Shown here piece after piece: positions 48,831 through 61,118 of a stretch of DNA of 64,000 nucleotides (positions within the stretch are counted from its first letter, which is position 1; every line of letters starts with the position of its first letter). Under the pieces are notes generated by a model. That model was not told the DNA's origin. It did not search any database and worked only from the letters and a program-made list of their open reading frames with translations. Origin of the DNA: Macrostomum hystrix (lineage: Eukaryota; Animalia; Platyhelminthes); NCBI GenBank assembly GCA_950097015.1, contig CATNEN010000014.1, positions 1,054,001 to 1,118,000 on the forward strand, in the 5' to 3' direction. The position numbers were made by a program, and so were the translations under genes.

Positions 48831-49790
48831 CACGCACCCACTCCTTTGTATCAACGTCCTGTGCCTAATAGCCCTACCTGTTAAAGGGGCTTTGCCAAGT
48901 TATTGCCATATACGATTATTTCGTATATTTTATGACTGGAATAGGCTGCAAAAGTTAAGCTGTAGCTCACATTAGTTAGCCTAGAATCGCAGTGTGTGCG
49001 ATCCTCTTGCCCGCTGACTGCTGGGAAATCAAATACAGAAGCTCATCTTGAAATAGCCGTCGATATTCTCGCCTGTATTTTGCAGTTCATTGCTGCATTT
49101 TAAGCGCTACTCGAATGGGCTGTGCGCAGTCTGTCTTGCGTGTCACCCCCGGCCCCTTCAAGCTCCAGTCTCTCTGCTCAGGCCATGCTTTTACAGTGGA
49201 CACTGCAAACAATTGTTTTGATTTAATGTAATCCCTATCTCATTAATTTCCCAATTATATGCTGCCCTCGCCACTATTTTGATTCCTGTCCGCGTGCCCC
49301 GCTGCCAGTGCCAAGCCGGCATTGACCGTCCCGTGCAGCCGCTCGTTTCGGTCATCCCATTTTCTTGTGCTCCCCTACGGCCCTCTGTTCCCCTTTGCTG
49401 CTGTGCAGTTGCCCGCATGTTTATCAGATCCGAGATGGCCCGCTTTTCTGTTTTGTCTGCCCAGCATCTTTTTTCGCTTGTTTTGTCCTTCTCCGTGTAC
49501 ATTGTGTTGTTGCAGCAAAACCAGTCCTGTAACTAGTGCAGCCCAGCTCCTGCGTACATTACCAGATTTAACCTGTCCATTGTGTGTCACTCAAAATCAC
49601 CGAATAATTTATAATAATAATAGTAGTAATTATTGTCATTACAGGCCGGGTGTGAGTTGCCGCTTCGCCCAACCCCAAACTGCATGGATGCCATTGTTGA
49701 AGCTGCCCTTTATTTGCGTTTCATTCGACAAATTTTAGCTGGGCTTGTTTAGACAGAAAATGAGCAACAGCATTGAAGATTTAATCTTCT

Positions 49791-49796
49791 TTTATT
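49791..49796 (-). terminator. Candidate poly(A) signal of the EF-hand gene
   Basis: AATAAA on the minus strand, 80 nt after the stop codon. Confidence 0.55.
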
Positions 49797-49875
49797 TGCA
49801 AAGAGATACAGCTAGCTGAGTCCATTTAGGTCCCGAGAAAATCTTGAGCACGGAAGGCTGATTCCACATGGAGTC

Positions 49876-51379
49876 TCACTGTGATGCCAGCTTCCGGATG
49901 AGATCCTGGTACACCACCATGCCGTTCTCATCCACCAGACCTCGCAGCATTTGCGCCACCTCCTTGGCCTCCAGTGGCTCCCCTAACTGCGTCAGCCAGC
50001 CCTGCAGGTCGTCCGCCTTCAGCCTGCCCGCCTCCACTTTGTCGAAGGTCAGAAAGGCCTGGTCCAGCGCCAGCGCCCACTGGTCTGGGGCCAGCGTTTC
50101 CTCCTTCACGCGGGCCGCCACCGTCAGAAAGTTGGGCAGCTCGACACTGCCGCTGGCATCCGGGTCCGCATCCTTGACGTACTCCTGCACCTCCTCCTCT
50201 GACAGCACGAATTTCGCCCGGCGTAGGGCTTCGCCCATGTCGGCGACCGCGATGATGCCGCGGCCGCGCTTGTCCAGCCGCTTGAAGGCCGCCTTCCACA
50301 CCTCCTCATCTGTTGGCGGCTCCTTCTTGCGCCTCGGCGCCTGTCGCTGCTTCTGGTGAGGCTTGCCGCCTGTCTTAGCTGAGACGGGAGGCGGTTTGGG
50401 ATCTAGAAATGGGATGGTGCTTGCTGAGTAGGCTGGGATCTGGAGTTGGGATGGTGCTGGCTGAGTAGGCTGGGATCAGGAGTTGGGATGGTGCTGGCTG
50501 AGTAGGCTGGGATCAGGAGTTGGGATGGTGCTGGCTGAGTAGGCTGGGATCTGGAGTTGGGATGGTGCTGGCTGAGTAGGCTGGGATCTGGAGTTGGGAT
50601 GGTGCTGGCTGAGTAGGCTGGGATCTGGAGTTGGGATGGTGCTGGCTGAGTAGGCTGGGATCTGGAGTTGGGATGGTGCTGGCTGAGTAGGCTGGGATCA
50701 GGAGTTGGGATGGTGCTGGCTGAGTAGGCTGGGATCAGGAGTTGGGATGGTGCTGGCTGAGTAGGCTGGGATCTGGAGTTGGGATGGTGCTGGCTGAGTA
50801 GGCTGGGATCTGGAGTTGGGATGGTGCTGGCTGAGTAGGCTGGGATCTGGAGTTGGGATGGTGCTTGCTGAGTAGGCTGGGATCTGGAGTTGGGATGGTG
50901 CTGGCTGAGTAGGCTGGGATCTGGAGTTGGGATGGTGCTGGCTGAGTAGGCTGGGATCTGGAGTTGGGATGGTGCTGGCTGAGTAGGCTGGGATCTGGAG
51001 TTGGGATGGTGCTGGCTGAGTAGGCTGGGATCAGGAGTTGGGATGGTGCTTGCTGAGTAGGCTGGGATCTGGAGTTGGGATGGTGCTGGCTGAGTAGGCT
51101 GGGATCTGGAGTTGGGATGGTGCTGGCTGAGTAGGCTGGGATCTGGAGTTGGGATGGTGCTGGCTGAGTAGGCTGGGATCTGGAGCTAGTGCTCGTACTT
51201 AGGAGAGGGTGATAGCGTAAGACTTGAATTTTGAGTATTAATAATTCTAACTAATGGATTAAGTCGGGAGTGAGAGCTAATTCTAACCATTAAATTGCTA
51301 GCTTGAATTAAAGCGAAAACAGTGCTAAATGAAATCAGATAGGCCAGCTGCACCCACCTGCATGGGAAGCCATGTTCAT
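49876..51379 (-). CDS. Calmodulin/myosin-light-chain-like EF-hand protein (~182 aa) with a basic Pro-rich N-terminal extension; exons 51379-51358 (proposed) and 50402-49876
   Basis: Four EF-hand-like segments (AFKRLDKRGRGII, DADPDASGSVEL, AFLTFDKVEAGRL, LTQLGEPL..KEV..ML...DENGMVVY). Acceptor tttctag| at 50403 (phase 1) matches ATGAACATGGCTTCCCATGCAG|GTGGGT. Exon 1 is less certain than exon 2. Confidence 0.82.
50405..51185 (+). repeat. 37-bp minisatellite (ggagttgggatggtgctggctgagtaggctgggatct), ~21 copies, EF-hand gene intron
   Basis: Direct reading. Confidence 0.96.
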
Positions 51380-51471
51380 CAGCAGTTCTCGCGCAGCTTG
51401 ACTCGAGTAGTTGAGCCCGAGGCAGCTCTGCCGTGCAAAATTCTCTTTCCCCAGTCTGCTATGCTCATGGT

Positions 51472-54400
51472 TTATGAATTGCTCAGCGCAAGCTCTGCCT
51501 CATGCCTGTGTGCCCATGCCATTGGCCCTCTGGGAGAGCAGCCCCCAAATTGCACTACCTGTTTGCATAGCGACCAGAGAGCGGGTGAATATTAAACAAT
51601 GAGAGAGGCAATGTGCTTCTAATCGGAAAATATTTGATTTCAAAAGCTAATTTCATCAACGTAGAAGCAAGCGAAACGGCCGGTATTGCTGCAGTAAAGA
51701 GCTGCCACGACTGCCTGCTTGTTGCTGCAGCGACAGTGAAGACCTATCATTTGTGAACATGTTGAGGTGTCTTTGCAATACGTAAACAGATGATCTACTG
51801 CCTGCCAACCATAGAAAATCTCACCAATGCCGGGTCAGCCTCAAAATCTCACTGTCGGTTCAGCCTCAAAATCTCACCACTGCCGGGTCAGCCTCAAAAT
51901 CTCACCAATGCCGGGTCAGCCTCAAAATCTCACTGTCGGTTCAGCCTCAAAATCTCACCACTGCCGGGTCAGCCTCAAAATCTCATATAGGAAAGCCGAA
52001 AAAACCATTCGCGTATAAGTTCTTACAATATGATTAAGTACTTGTTGGAGACGCAGCAGTATATTTGCCATCTGTTTATAATAGTTAATAAGCGGTTTGT
52101 AAAAAAAATAACTTTTCGCTTTAATCAAAGACTCTAGTTAAAGTAAAAATTTACGATCGAGCCGCAGCTGTCAAACTTAACGGCCAAATTAGCGGTGGCT
52201 GCAGCTGCGGGCTCAGAACTGCATAGGAAGCGGCCCGAGCCTCATCGAGCTCTTGAATGCGGCAACATCGTTGATTATTGTGCCCTAAATAATTTTTAAA
52301 TCCTTTGACGTTTCACACGAAAATATCGGAAAAAACTAAAACCGATTGCAAGCAAGCGGTCTCACCTTGTAGCCGCTGTACATCTCCTCCTGCCAGCCGG
52401 GCCCGAACACTTTCTGAGAAACCACGTGCACAGCCAGCTTGCGCCTGAGGGGAGAATCCTTGGCAATCCAAGTCTGCAAAGTTTGGGTTAACAAACTGTA
52501 AAGATTTCCTATGGAAATAAATAAATCGGAGCTGATGGGGTCAGTATGCGGTCACGGATGAGGTGAGTATGAGGTCACGGATGAGGTGAGTATGAGGTCA
52601 CGGATGAGGTGAGTATGAGGTCACGGATGAGGTCAGTATGAGGTCACGGATGAGGTGAGTATGAGGTCACGGATGAGGTCAGTATGAGGTCACGGATGAG
52701 GTCAGTATGAGGTCACGAATGAGGTCAGTATGAGGTCAGTATGAGGTCACGGATGAGGTCAGTATGAGGTCACTGATGCGGTCAGTATGAGGTCACGGAT
52801 GAGGTCAGTATGAGGTCAGTATGAGGTCACTGATGCGGTCAGTATGAGGTCACGGATGAGGTCAGTATGAAGTCACGGAAGAGGTTAATGAGATTTCAAT
52901 GTGCAGCTCGGCCAGCCAACCTGGAAGAAATGCAGCAGATCCTCCTGCAGCAGCGGGGCGCCGCCCTCCGTCGCAGCCTCCGCCGGGCTCAGAAGGCGGG
53001 CCAGCCTGTCTGCCCGGTCGAAGCAGGCGGCGCCGCTGGCGATCTCCGCCCAGTCGATGGCGCAGCGAGCCGACAAGCGTTTCGGCCGCTCCAGCAGCCG
53101 CGCCCGGAGAGCCGCCGCGTGATCGCGAAGCTCTTCAGGCGACATGGCGGCCAACCACTGACCCGCCTCATCCAGGAATTCGTCGATGCGAGCTTCCAGC
53201 TCCACCGGGTGGCGCTCCGACTGCACGCAGAAGGCGAGGCCGCAGACGGCAACACCGGGCCGCTCGACCGCCTGAACCAGGTAGCCCAGCTGCTGTCGGG
53301 TGCGCAGCGAGTTAAAGAACCGCTCCTTCAGCGACTGCGCCATCAGCTTCGTCAGGGCTTGAATGCGCAGATGGCTCGCCGGGGTGGTCGCAGGTTCCGT
53401 CTGAAGGTAGACAACGCAGGCTGAGCTCCTGCAATAGTTTCAACAGTCAGCGAGACTTCAGAATGATAAAAATCAGCCCTTAACTCAGTTGGTCATGGGA
53501 CACCAGTCCTTTACTCAGTTGGTCATGGGACACCAGCCCTTTACTCAGTTGGTCATGGGACACCAGTCCTTTACTCAGTTGGTCATGGGACACCAGTCCT
53601 TTACTCAGTTGGTCATGGGACACCAGCCCTGTACTCAGTTGTTCATGGGACACCAGCCCTTTACTCAGTTGGTCATGGGACACCAGCCCTGTACTCAGTT
53701 GTTAATGGGACACCAGCCCTGTACTCAGTTGTTAATGGGACACCAGCCCTGTACTCAGTTGTTCATGGGACACCAGCCCTGTACTCAGTTGGTCATGGGA
53801 CACCAGCCCTTTACTCAGTTGGTCATGGGACACCAGCCCTTTACTCAGTTGGTCATGGGACACCAGCCCTTTACTCAGTTGGTCATGGGACACCAGCCCT
53901 GTACTCAGTTGTTAATGGGACACCAGCCCTGTACTCAGTTGTTCATGGGACACCAGCCCTGTACTCAGTTGGTCATGGGACACCAGCCCTGTACTCAGTT
54001 GGTCATGGGACACCAGCCCTTTACTCAGTTGGTCATGGGACACCAGCCCTGTACTCAGTTGGTCATGGGACACCAGCAATCAGCTCCTCTCCTCCCGCAG
54101 CTCACCTGTGCTGCTCAGCAGCCAGTCTACGCAGCAGGCAGTGGCGGCCCATGCTGCCCGCCGCAGGCAGCAGGACGTCACGCTGTCGATGTGGTTGCTG
54201 CTCCGGCGGCTGCGGCCGGCTGCTGGCAACGCCTGCGTGTCTTCGAAGAGCTTCGGCTATGTCGCCGGAGGCAACCTGGTTGGCTTCGATATTGCCACAG
54301 GCGAAGGCTAGAAGGAAGCGTGGACGACCGCCAGCCGAAACTGAGAGAAGCTGATGGCGAGCGAAGTCCGACACGATGGCCGGTGTGACACCTGCGTAGA

Positions 54401-57400
54401 GGACCAATAACAGATGATCCTGATCCCAGATCCTGATCCTAGATCCTGATCCCAGATCCTGATCCCAGATCCTGATCCCAGATCCTGATCCCAGATCCTG
54501 ATCCCAGATCCTGATCCCAGATCCTGATCCCAGATCCTGATCCCAGATCCTGATCCCAGACCTGATCCCAGACCGGATCCCAGATCCTGATCCCAGACCG
54601 GATCCCAGATCCTGATCCCAGATCCTGATCCCAGATCCTGATCCCAGATCCTGATCTGAAATTTACCCAATATTTTTCTTACCTTCGATGGCCTCCAAGC
54701 GCTGCTGGTGAGTCCAGGTAGCGCTGCTGCAGAGGACTGTCTGGTGAAAGAGGCACTGCTGCAGCGGCTGCTCTAGGTCGAAGTTTCTCAGGCTCTTGCG
54801 GTACTGCGAGATAAGCGAGAAATTAAAGCGCAATGGTCCTGGATTTCCACTAGTTAAGTCAGATCCGCCTCACCTTCTCCAGCACGCTAGCGAATCGCAG
54901 CGGATCAACCTCCGGCTGCGTCAGGCGACATAGCGCGGCCTCCAGCAGGGCTGGCAGGCGGTGCCCGAAGCCCTGCAGGCTCAGCGATAAGCCCTCGGTG
55001 GAGGCGGCAAGGGAGGCACTGAGGCCGGCCAGTTGGGCGTCATACAGCACAGGGTTGAGTGCGTCAGCAATGAGCTGGCAGTGCAGCTGCGAGCTGGCAG
55101 CGGCAAACGCGTCGGACCAGGCGTCTGGTGTTGCCATGACAACCATTAGGCAGAGCTTGGGCAGGCGGAACTCGGCGTCGGCCCGATGCCAGAGGCGGAG
55201 GCCGGGCTCGGCCAGGACCAGACGAGGCGGTGGAGGAGGGTCCGGCGGCGCGAGGATCAGGCCGAGGTCGCTGGGGATGAAAGGGTTCGGGTCTGGTAGC
55301 TGCAGATCGGGCACGAGGCTCTCTGCTCCTTCAGGCGGGATGTCGCCGTTGTACAGAGCCAGGCAGGCAGTCAGGAGGTCCGTTGCCAGCGGCTGCACTC
55401 GGTGCTTCACACCGTAGATCGGCTCCACAGCAGAGCAGTCGGGATCGAAGGTCTTGGAGACGGAGAAAACTTTGCAGCGCCCTGGGTGCAACTGATCCAG
55501 CACCTGCGGGACGAAGTAAATCTGGTGATGACGGGGTGTCCGGTGGTAGGTGAGGACAGGGTGTCCGGTGGTAGGTGAGGACAGGGTGTCCGGTGGTAGG
55601 TGAGGACAGGGTGTCCGGTGGTAGGTGAGGACAGGCTGTCCGGTGGTAGGTGAGGACAGGGTGTCCGGTGGTAGGTGAGGACAGGGTGTCCGGTGGTAGG
55701 TGAGGACAGGGTGTCCGGTGGTAGGTGAGGACAGGCTGTCCGGTGGTAGGTGAGGACAGGGTGTCCAGTGGTAGGTAAGGACAGGGTGTCCAGTGGTAGG
55801 TAAGGACAGGGTGTCCAGTGGTAGGTAAGGACAGGGTGTCCAGTGGTAGGTGAGGACAGGGTGTCCGGTGGTAGGTGAGGACAGGGTGTCCGGTGGTAGG
55901 TGAGGACAGGCTGTCCGGTGGTAGGTAAGGACAGGGTGTCCAGTGGTAGGTGAGGACAGGGTGTCCAGTGGTAGGTAAGGACAGGGTATCCGGTGGTAGG
56001 TGAGCACAGGGTGTCTGTTGGTAGGTGAGCACAGGGTGTCTGTTGGTAGGTGAGTACAGGGTGTCTGTTGGTAGGTGAGCACAGGGTGTCTGTTGGTAGG
56101 TGTGGACAGGGTGTCTTTTGGTAGGTGTTGACAGGGTGTCTGTTGGTAGGTGAGGACAGGGTGTCTGTTGGTAAGTGAGGACAGGGTGTCTGTTGGTAGG
56201 TGTGGACAGGGTGTCTGGTGGTAGGTGAGGACAGGGTGTCTGTTGGTAGGTGAGGACAGGGTGTCCAGTGGTAGGTGTGGACAGGGTGTCTGGTGGTAGG
56301 TGAGGACAGGGTGTCCAGTGGTAGTTGAGGACAGGGTGTCCAGTGGTAGGTAAGGACAGGGTGTCCAGTGGTAGGTAAGGACAGGGTGTCCAGTGGTAGG
56401 TGAGGACAGGGTGTCCGGTGGTAGGTGAGGACAGGGTGTCCGGTGGTAGGTGAGGACAGGCTGTCCGGTGGTAGGTAAGGACAGGGTGTCCAGTGGTAGG
56501 TGAGGACAGGGTGTCCAGTGGTAGGTAAGGACAGGGTATCCGGTGGTAGGTGAGCACAGGGTGTCTGTCGGTAGGTGAGCACATGGTGTCTGTTGGTAGG
56601 TGAGTACAGGGTGTCTGTTGGTAGGTGAGCACAGGGTGTCTGTTGGTAGGTGTGGACAGGGTGTCTTTTGGTAGGTGTTGACAGGGTGTCTGTTGGTAGG
56701 TGAGGACAGGGTGTCTGTTGGTAAGTGAGGACAGGGTGTCTGTTGGTAGGTGAGGACAGGGTGTCTGGTGGTAGGTGAGGACAGGGTGTCTGTTGGTAGG
56801 TGTGGACAGGGTGTCTGTTGGTAGGTGAGGACAGGGTGTCTGTTGGTAGGTGAGCACAGGGTGTTTGATAATGCTCGAACCTCCTCGATGAGCTTTGGCG
56901 CGAAGTCTTTGAGCAGGCAGCCGGCGGTGAGCAGCTCTGGCATGGGATAGTTTTGCAGCCGGGCGGCCAACCTTTGCGTGGCCTCAGCTGACGGCTCCCG
57001 GTCCCGGTAGCGAAAGTTCAGAGCGGCCAGGGCTGCCAGCTCGCCGTGAATCCTGGCGAGCGGCCCGGCCCGCCGCAGCAGGCCGACAAACTGGAACACC
57101 GCACGCAGCACGGCTGCCCGGCTGGCCAGGCCGGCCTCTGTCAGGTCGGCGGTCACGCGGAAGAAGTCGTAGCCGGAGGCGCCGCCTGAGCAGCCGGCTG
57201 AGAGGCCGTTGGCCCAGCCTCGGCGCTTCAGGCAGGCCAGCAGGCTGCCAGCAGACTCGTGGCCCAGCAGGTGGCCCGCATAGCGAGCTGGGGAGGAGCT
57301 GCGGATGGCGGCGGTATTTTTAAAATGCTCATTGCTTCTCTATTCTCTATTTCAGGGTTTCAAAACACATCAATTCACGATATCAGCCCACCTGTACTGC

Positions 57401-58305
57401 TCCGTGTAGTCCTTCATGGGGAAGACCAGCTCGAGTTTCTGGATATCCCGAAGCGGAACCACCTGGACCTCGACACCGCACTCCGTGCCATCGTAGGGAT
57501 GAGAATCCCACCGAGGCGCTGGCAGGCACTTGTCCACAACGCTGGAAAAGCTGTCGACTATGAGGGCCTGCAGCTGGTCAAGCGGCTCGCGGCCCAGCAC
57601 GGCCACAGTCATGAGATTCGCCGAGTAATTTGCGGCGTGGAATTCTAGCAGCCTTTGGCGCAGCTCGGCAGCCTTGCTGGCATCGGGCAGCAGAGTCTCA
57701 AGACAGCCGGTGGAGTACTTGCTGTAGTCGTGCTCGGGATTCGCCAGGTGATGGTCGAGGCGCAGCAGCCGCCTGCCATCGATGGGGATGTTCTTGGCGT
57801 GCTCGGAGTGGACAGCGTTCACTTCGCGCTCCGTGGCGGACTCCGTGAAAAGCGGATCGGTGAAAAACTGGCCGAGACGGTCCAGACCCTCAGCCAGGCG
57901 GTCCGACGCGATGTCGAAGTAGTAGCGCGTGAACTCGGCCGAGGTGACGGCATTCCGCACGCCACCGTGCTCATTGATGAAGCGCAGGAAGCTGGTCTCG
58001 TCGGGGTACCGGCCAGTGCCGAGGAACAGCATGTGCTCGCAGAAGTGAGCCAGGCCCTGCAGCGATCGGGGGTCGCGCAGAGCACCAGCTCTGACACAGG
58101 CGGTGGCGGCTGACTTGTCAGCGTCTGGATCACTGACAGCCACAGCTCGCAAGCCATTGCTCAGCACCAGGCATCGGTAGCTTCGCCTGTCCTCCGGTGA
58201 CTTCTCGATGTTGTTCAGCACATGCTGAAGACTGGCTGCGTCACTACTGCTTAGAGATCTAGCAGCTGTTGCTGATGCGGCTGCTACTGTAGCTGTCCTA
58301 AGCAT
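51472..58305 (-). CDS. IDE: Insulin-degrading enzyme / M16A metallopeptidase (~1023 aa); exons 58305-57392, 57298-56881, 55503-54874, 54803-54683, 54391-54106, 53428-52921, 52473-52366, 51558-51472 (last exon tentative)
   Basis: KSPEDRRSYR, GLAHFCEHMLFLGT (HxxEH), REVNAVHSEH, GHLLGHESAGSLL, LIEE|VLDQL, YRKSLRNF..EQP, FNSLRTRQQLGY, RRKLAVHVVS. GT-AG introns with consistent phases, 3072 nt in total. Nardilysin-like assignment is not fully excluded. Confidence 0.92.
51820..51985 (+). repeat. Short two-level tandem repeat (gccgggtcagcctcaaaatctcac; ~79-bp higher-order unit x2)
   Basis: Direct reading; last IDE intron. Confidence 0.85.
52545..52875 (+). repeat. 23-bp minisatellite (tatgaggtcacggatgaggtcag), IDE intron 6
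   Basis: Direct reading. Confidence 0.93.
53480..54077 (+). repeat. 30-bp minisatellite (ttactcagttggtcatgggacaccagccct), ~20 copies, IDE intron 5
   Basis: Direct reading. Confidence 0.95.
54415..54657 (+). repeat. 13-bp minisatellite (cctgatcccagat), ~18 copies, IDE intron 4
   Basis: Direct reading. Confidence 0.94.
55530..56865 (+). repeat. 25-bp minisatellite (ggtggtaggtgaggacagggtgtcc), ~53 copies, IDE intron 2
   Basis: Direct reading; contains a 550-bp higher-order duplication. Confidence 0.96.
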
Positions 58306-61118
58306 GGTTTTTTCTATGAATTTTTAAGAAGCATGAAATTAGTTACCTCTAATTGTTTTACATAAACAAATTGACCCCATTTTTTGTTTTCTCGACTGCT
58401 AAATTCATGATATCAAGCACTGCATCCGCTTAAAATAGCTATTTCCGATTTTAAAGTCTTTACTCTTTACAAATACTTTTACAGACTTACAAAATTTTCA
58501 AGAAACTGAACTTAATAGCAATTAAAATTTTTCTATTAGGAATAGGTATCAATTAGGATCAAGGTATGCTGTAAAGGCCAGCAGTGTTATATAAGCATTT
58601 GTAGCTAGTTTTGAATAATTGTTCATTTTGACAGTAGCTAGCTACATCTATTGCATTAGCTAATTACTGGGTTAATTCATTTTATAATTATTTAATTGCT
58701 CTTTTGGTAGGCCATATGAGTTGTTGATAAATATTTTGTACATTTTGTACGATACCTAGTGGTTTGGTTAATTACTATTCTTCTCTACCAGTCCAGAATA
58801 TCCAATAGTCAAGAAATTTGATAATTTTTATTTTCACTGAATTTCAATTCTGTGAGATGCACCATGAGTTTTCATATAGCATAATAATTAGGCCTGGCTA
58901 CATAAATCCATCGTATAGGCCTTAGTGTATAGTCATAGACGATTATTAATACTAATAGCTACATAAACTAGGCCTAGCAACCATATTATAAACATTAAGT
59001 AGAATGTGAATGATTTAAAGTTGTATTTATTTGGGTAGTTGTGAGAGTAAACCGGAATTTAGGGTGTACTTTATGCATATTTCGATTAAAAGACTAGCAT
59101 TTAAATATTTGCGGCATTCTAGATGCTCAACCCACAAACTCATTGACACTTAAATGAAATAACAAGCTAGCAGGTAAGTTCACGACTTGTTTCTTGTAAA
59201 TATGCTTATTTGAGTATCTGCGGCCTATAATCTAAGAAAAAAAAACAAAATTTATGAGGAATTGTTTTTTAACAGGCTCGAAGTCCGGCGTTTTTTAAAC
59301 ATAATTGTCATTTATGGAGTAGTCTAAAAATTAGTAGCTTTTGCTTCAATGCATAAATGATAACGGAGCTGCTGCTGTTTTATTCTTGGAAACAGAAGCA
59401 GAGTTCTACAGCCGGATTTATAAGTATTTATAAGATTGTAGCATGCTATGTTTTAAATTAAACCCTTAAGCTTTTGTGTACATGCATAGTTATGTTCATT
59501 AGTTTTAAATCATCAGCTGTAAGTGATAAGGCTTAAGACTTTAGGATAGCTAGGGAATGATAATAGTTATAATAGACAGGTTAATGCTGCACATCTATAT
59601 TTTCTTTAAACATGGGAAACATAGGCCTAATATTATTAAGCCCAAAAAGGTCCATAATTTTGTTTACAGAGTTTGACAGAGTGTTCCACAACATTTCAGA
59701 TGGTACTAGGCCTAGTAGTGGGTCACCCAGTAGAGGAAGTTGCTAAAGTGGTGCCCTTCATGTATAGCTGGCGCCACAGAAATTCCTTCAGGGAGGATTT
59801 AATCTGTGTTTCACTTGTCCCGTGTATGGCCCGCACCCAACAGTACACCCAACTGCCCTCTATAGTATTGTGGACAGTGGATCGTGGGAGTTGAGTTGCA
59901 TTTGGGGTAACTGTGGGCAGTGGTAGCACTGGCACTTGTTAGACAGCACTGCAGTATGTACTTGGTCAGCTAATGCATCACAGCAGACTGTCTGCTAGGC
60001 CTATCATGACAGCTAGGTCATGTATCTCAATAATTGGCAGATTGCTTAGTTTTATTGTTGGCTTGACCTTGGTCAGTGGAATGATCATTGTGGGAGCAGC
60101 TAGACAACCTGCAATGGTTTGAAAATAATATAAGTAACTTAAAGAAAAGAAAGCCCTAAAATATATTGCCAAACCATAGGGCCTAATAAAATTAGTATTC
60201 AACACACAGGTGATTATTGCTTATCTATATTCTATTCTAACCCTTGTTATGATACATGATTTAAATAACATACAAATCATATGATAGATTTAGTTTATTT
60301 TAGTCAATTAGTCACTTGTACTTATACTACAAAGTCTTAGTCACAGATATAGCTACTCTATATTATTTTTTACATGTTCATGGTAAATTTCAGACTGTTT
60401 TGTTGGTTGGCCTGAATTGGCTCACAGCTGTATGAATGGGCTCTTACTGCGAGGACTCAATTTGTTGCATAAGAAATCAAGACAACCACTGTACACAGAC
60501 TTTAGTGCCACTAAAGCTAATTTGTTTTGTAGACAATATTGTTAACTAAGACCTTAATGTAGCCTAGGCCTAGTGCTAAAAGTAATAAGATAACATGATC
60601 CCTAACAACTAAATAATAAATTACATGTATTTTGAACAGAAAACCACATTCATGGGTTTAGTATTTTTATTTATTCAAAATTATTTTGGTCGCTGAGAAC
60701 ATTGTAGCTATCTAAAAAAAGAACAAAATATTTTTTGACTTAAGATAATATAGATTCAAATACCCCTAAGCCTAGGCATAGCTGCATATATCAGAAAACA
60801 AATGAATTTTTGTTTTTTAAACAAATTTTAAACAAATAAACACAGCTTCATTAGAATCTTATAGTTCCGATTTCTGACATAACAAGTGCGCATTATGGTA
60901 TTTGTAAAGTAAATTGAAAATAAATTGCAGCAGAACAGCATGACAGCCATCTTGAAACAGCAGACAGTGCAGTGAGTGTGTACAGCCTCAGTCAGTGCAC
61001 TTTTATATCTACTTAATTTGTGCACTATATAAAAGCTGCATAGCAGTAAAATCTAGAGAGTTATCCTAGCACCCATTGTTCAGAGGAGCAGCTGAGCTAT
61101 AACTGCCCAGACTTAAGG

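Noticed and set aside
59673-59935. Short ORFs on both strands as a transposase or RT remnant
   Set aside because: No motif I can recognise with confidence.
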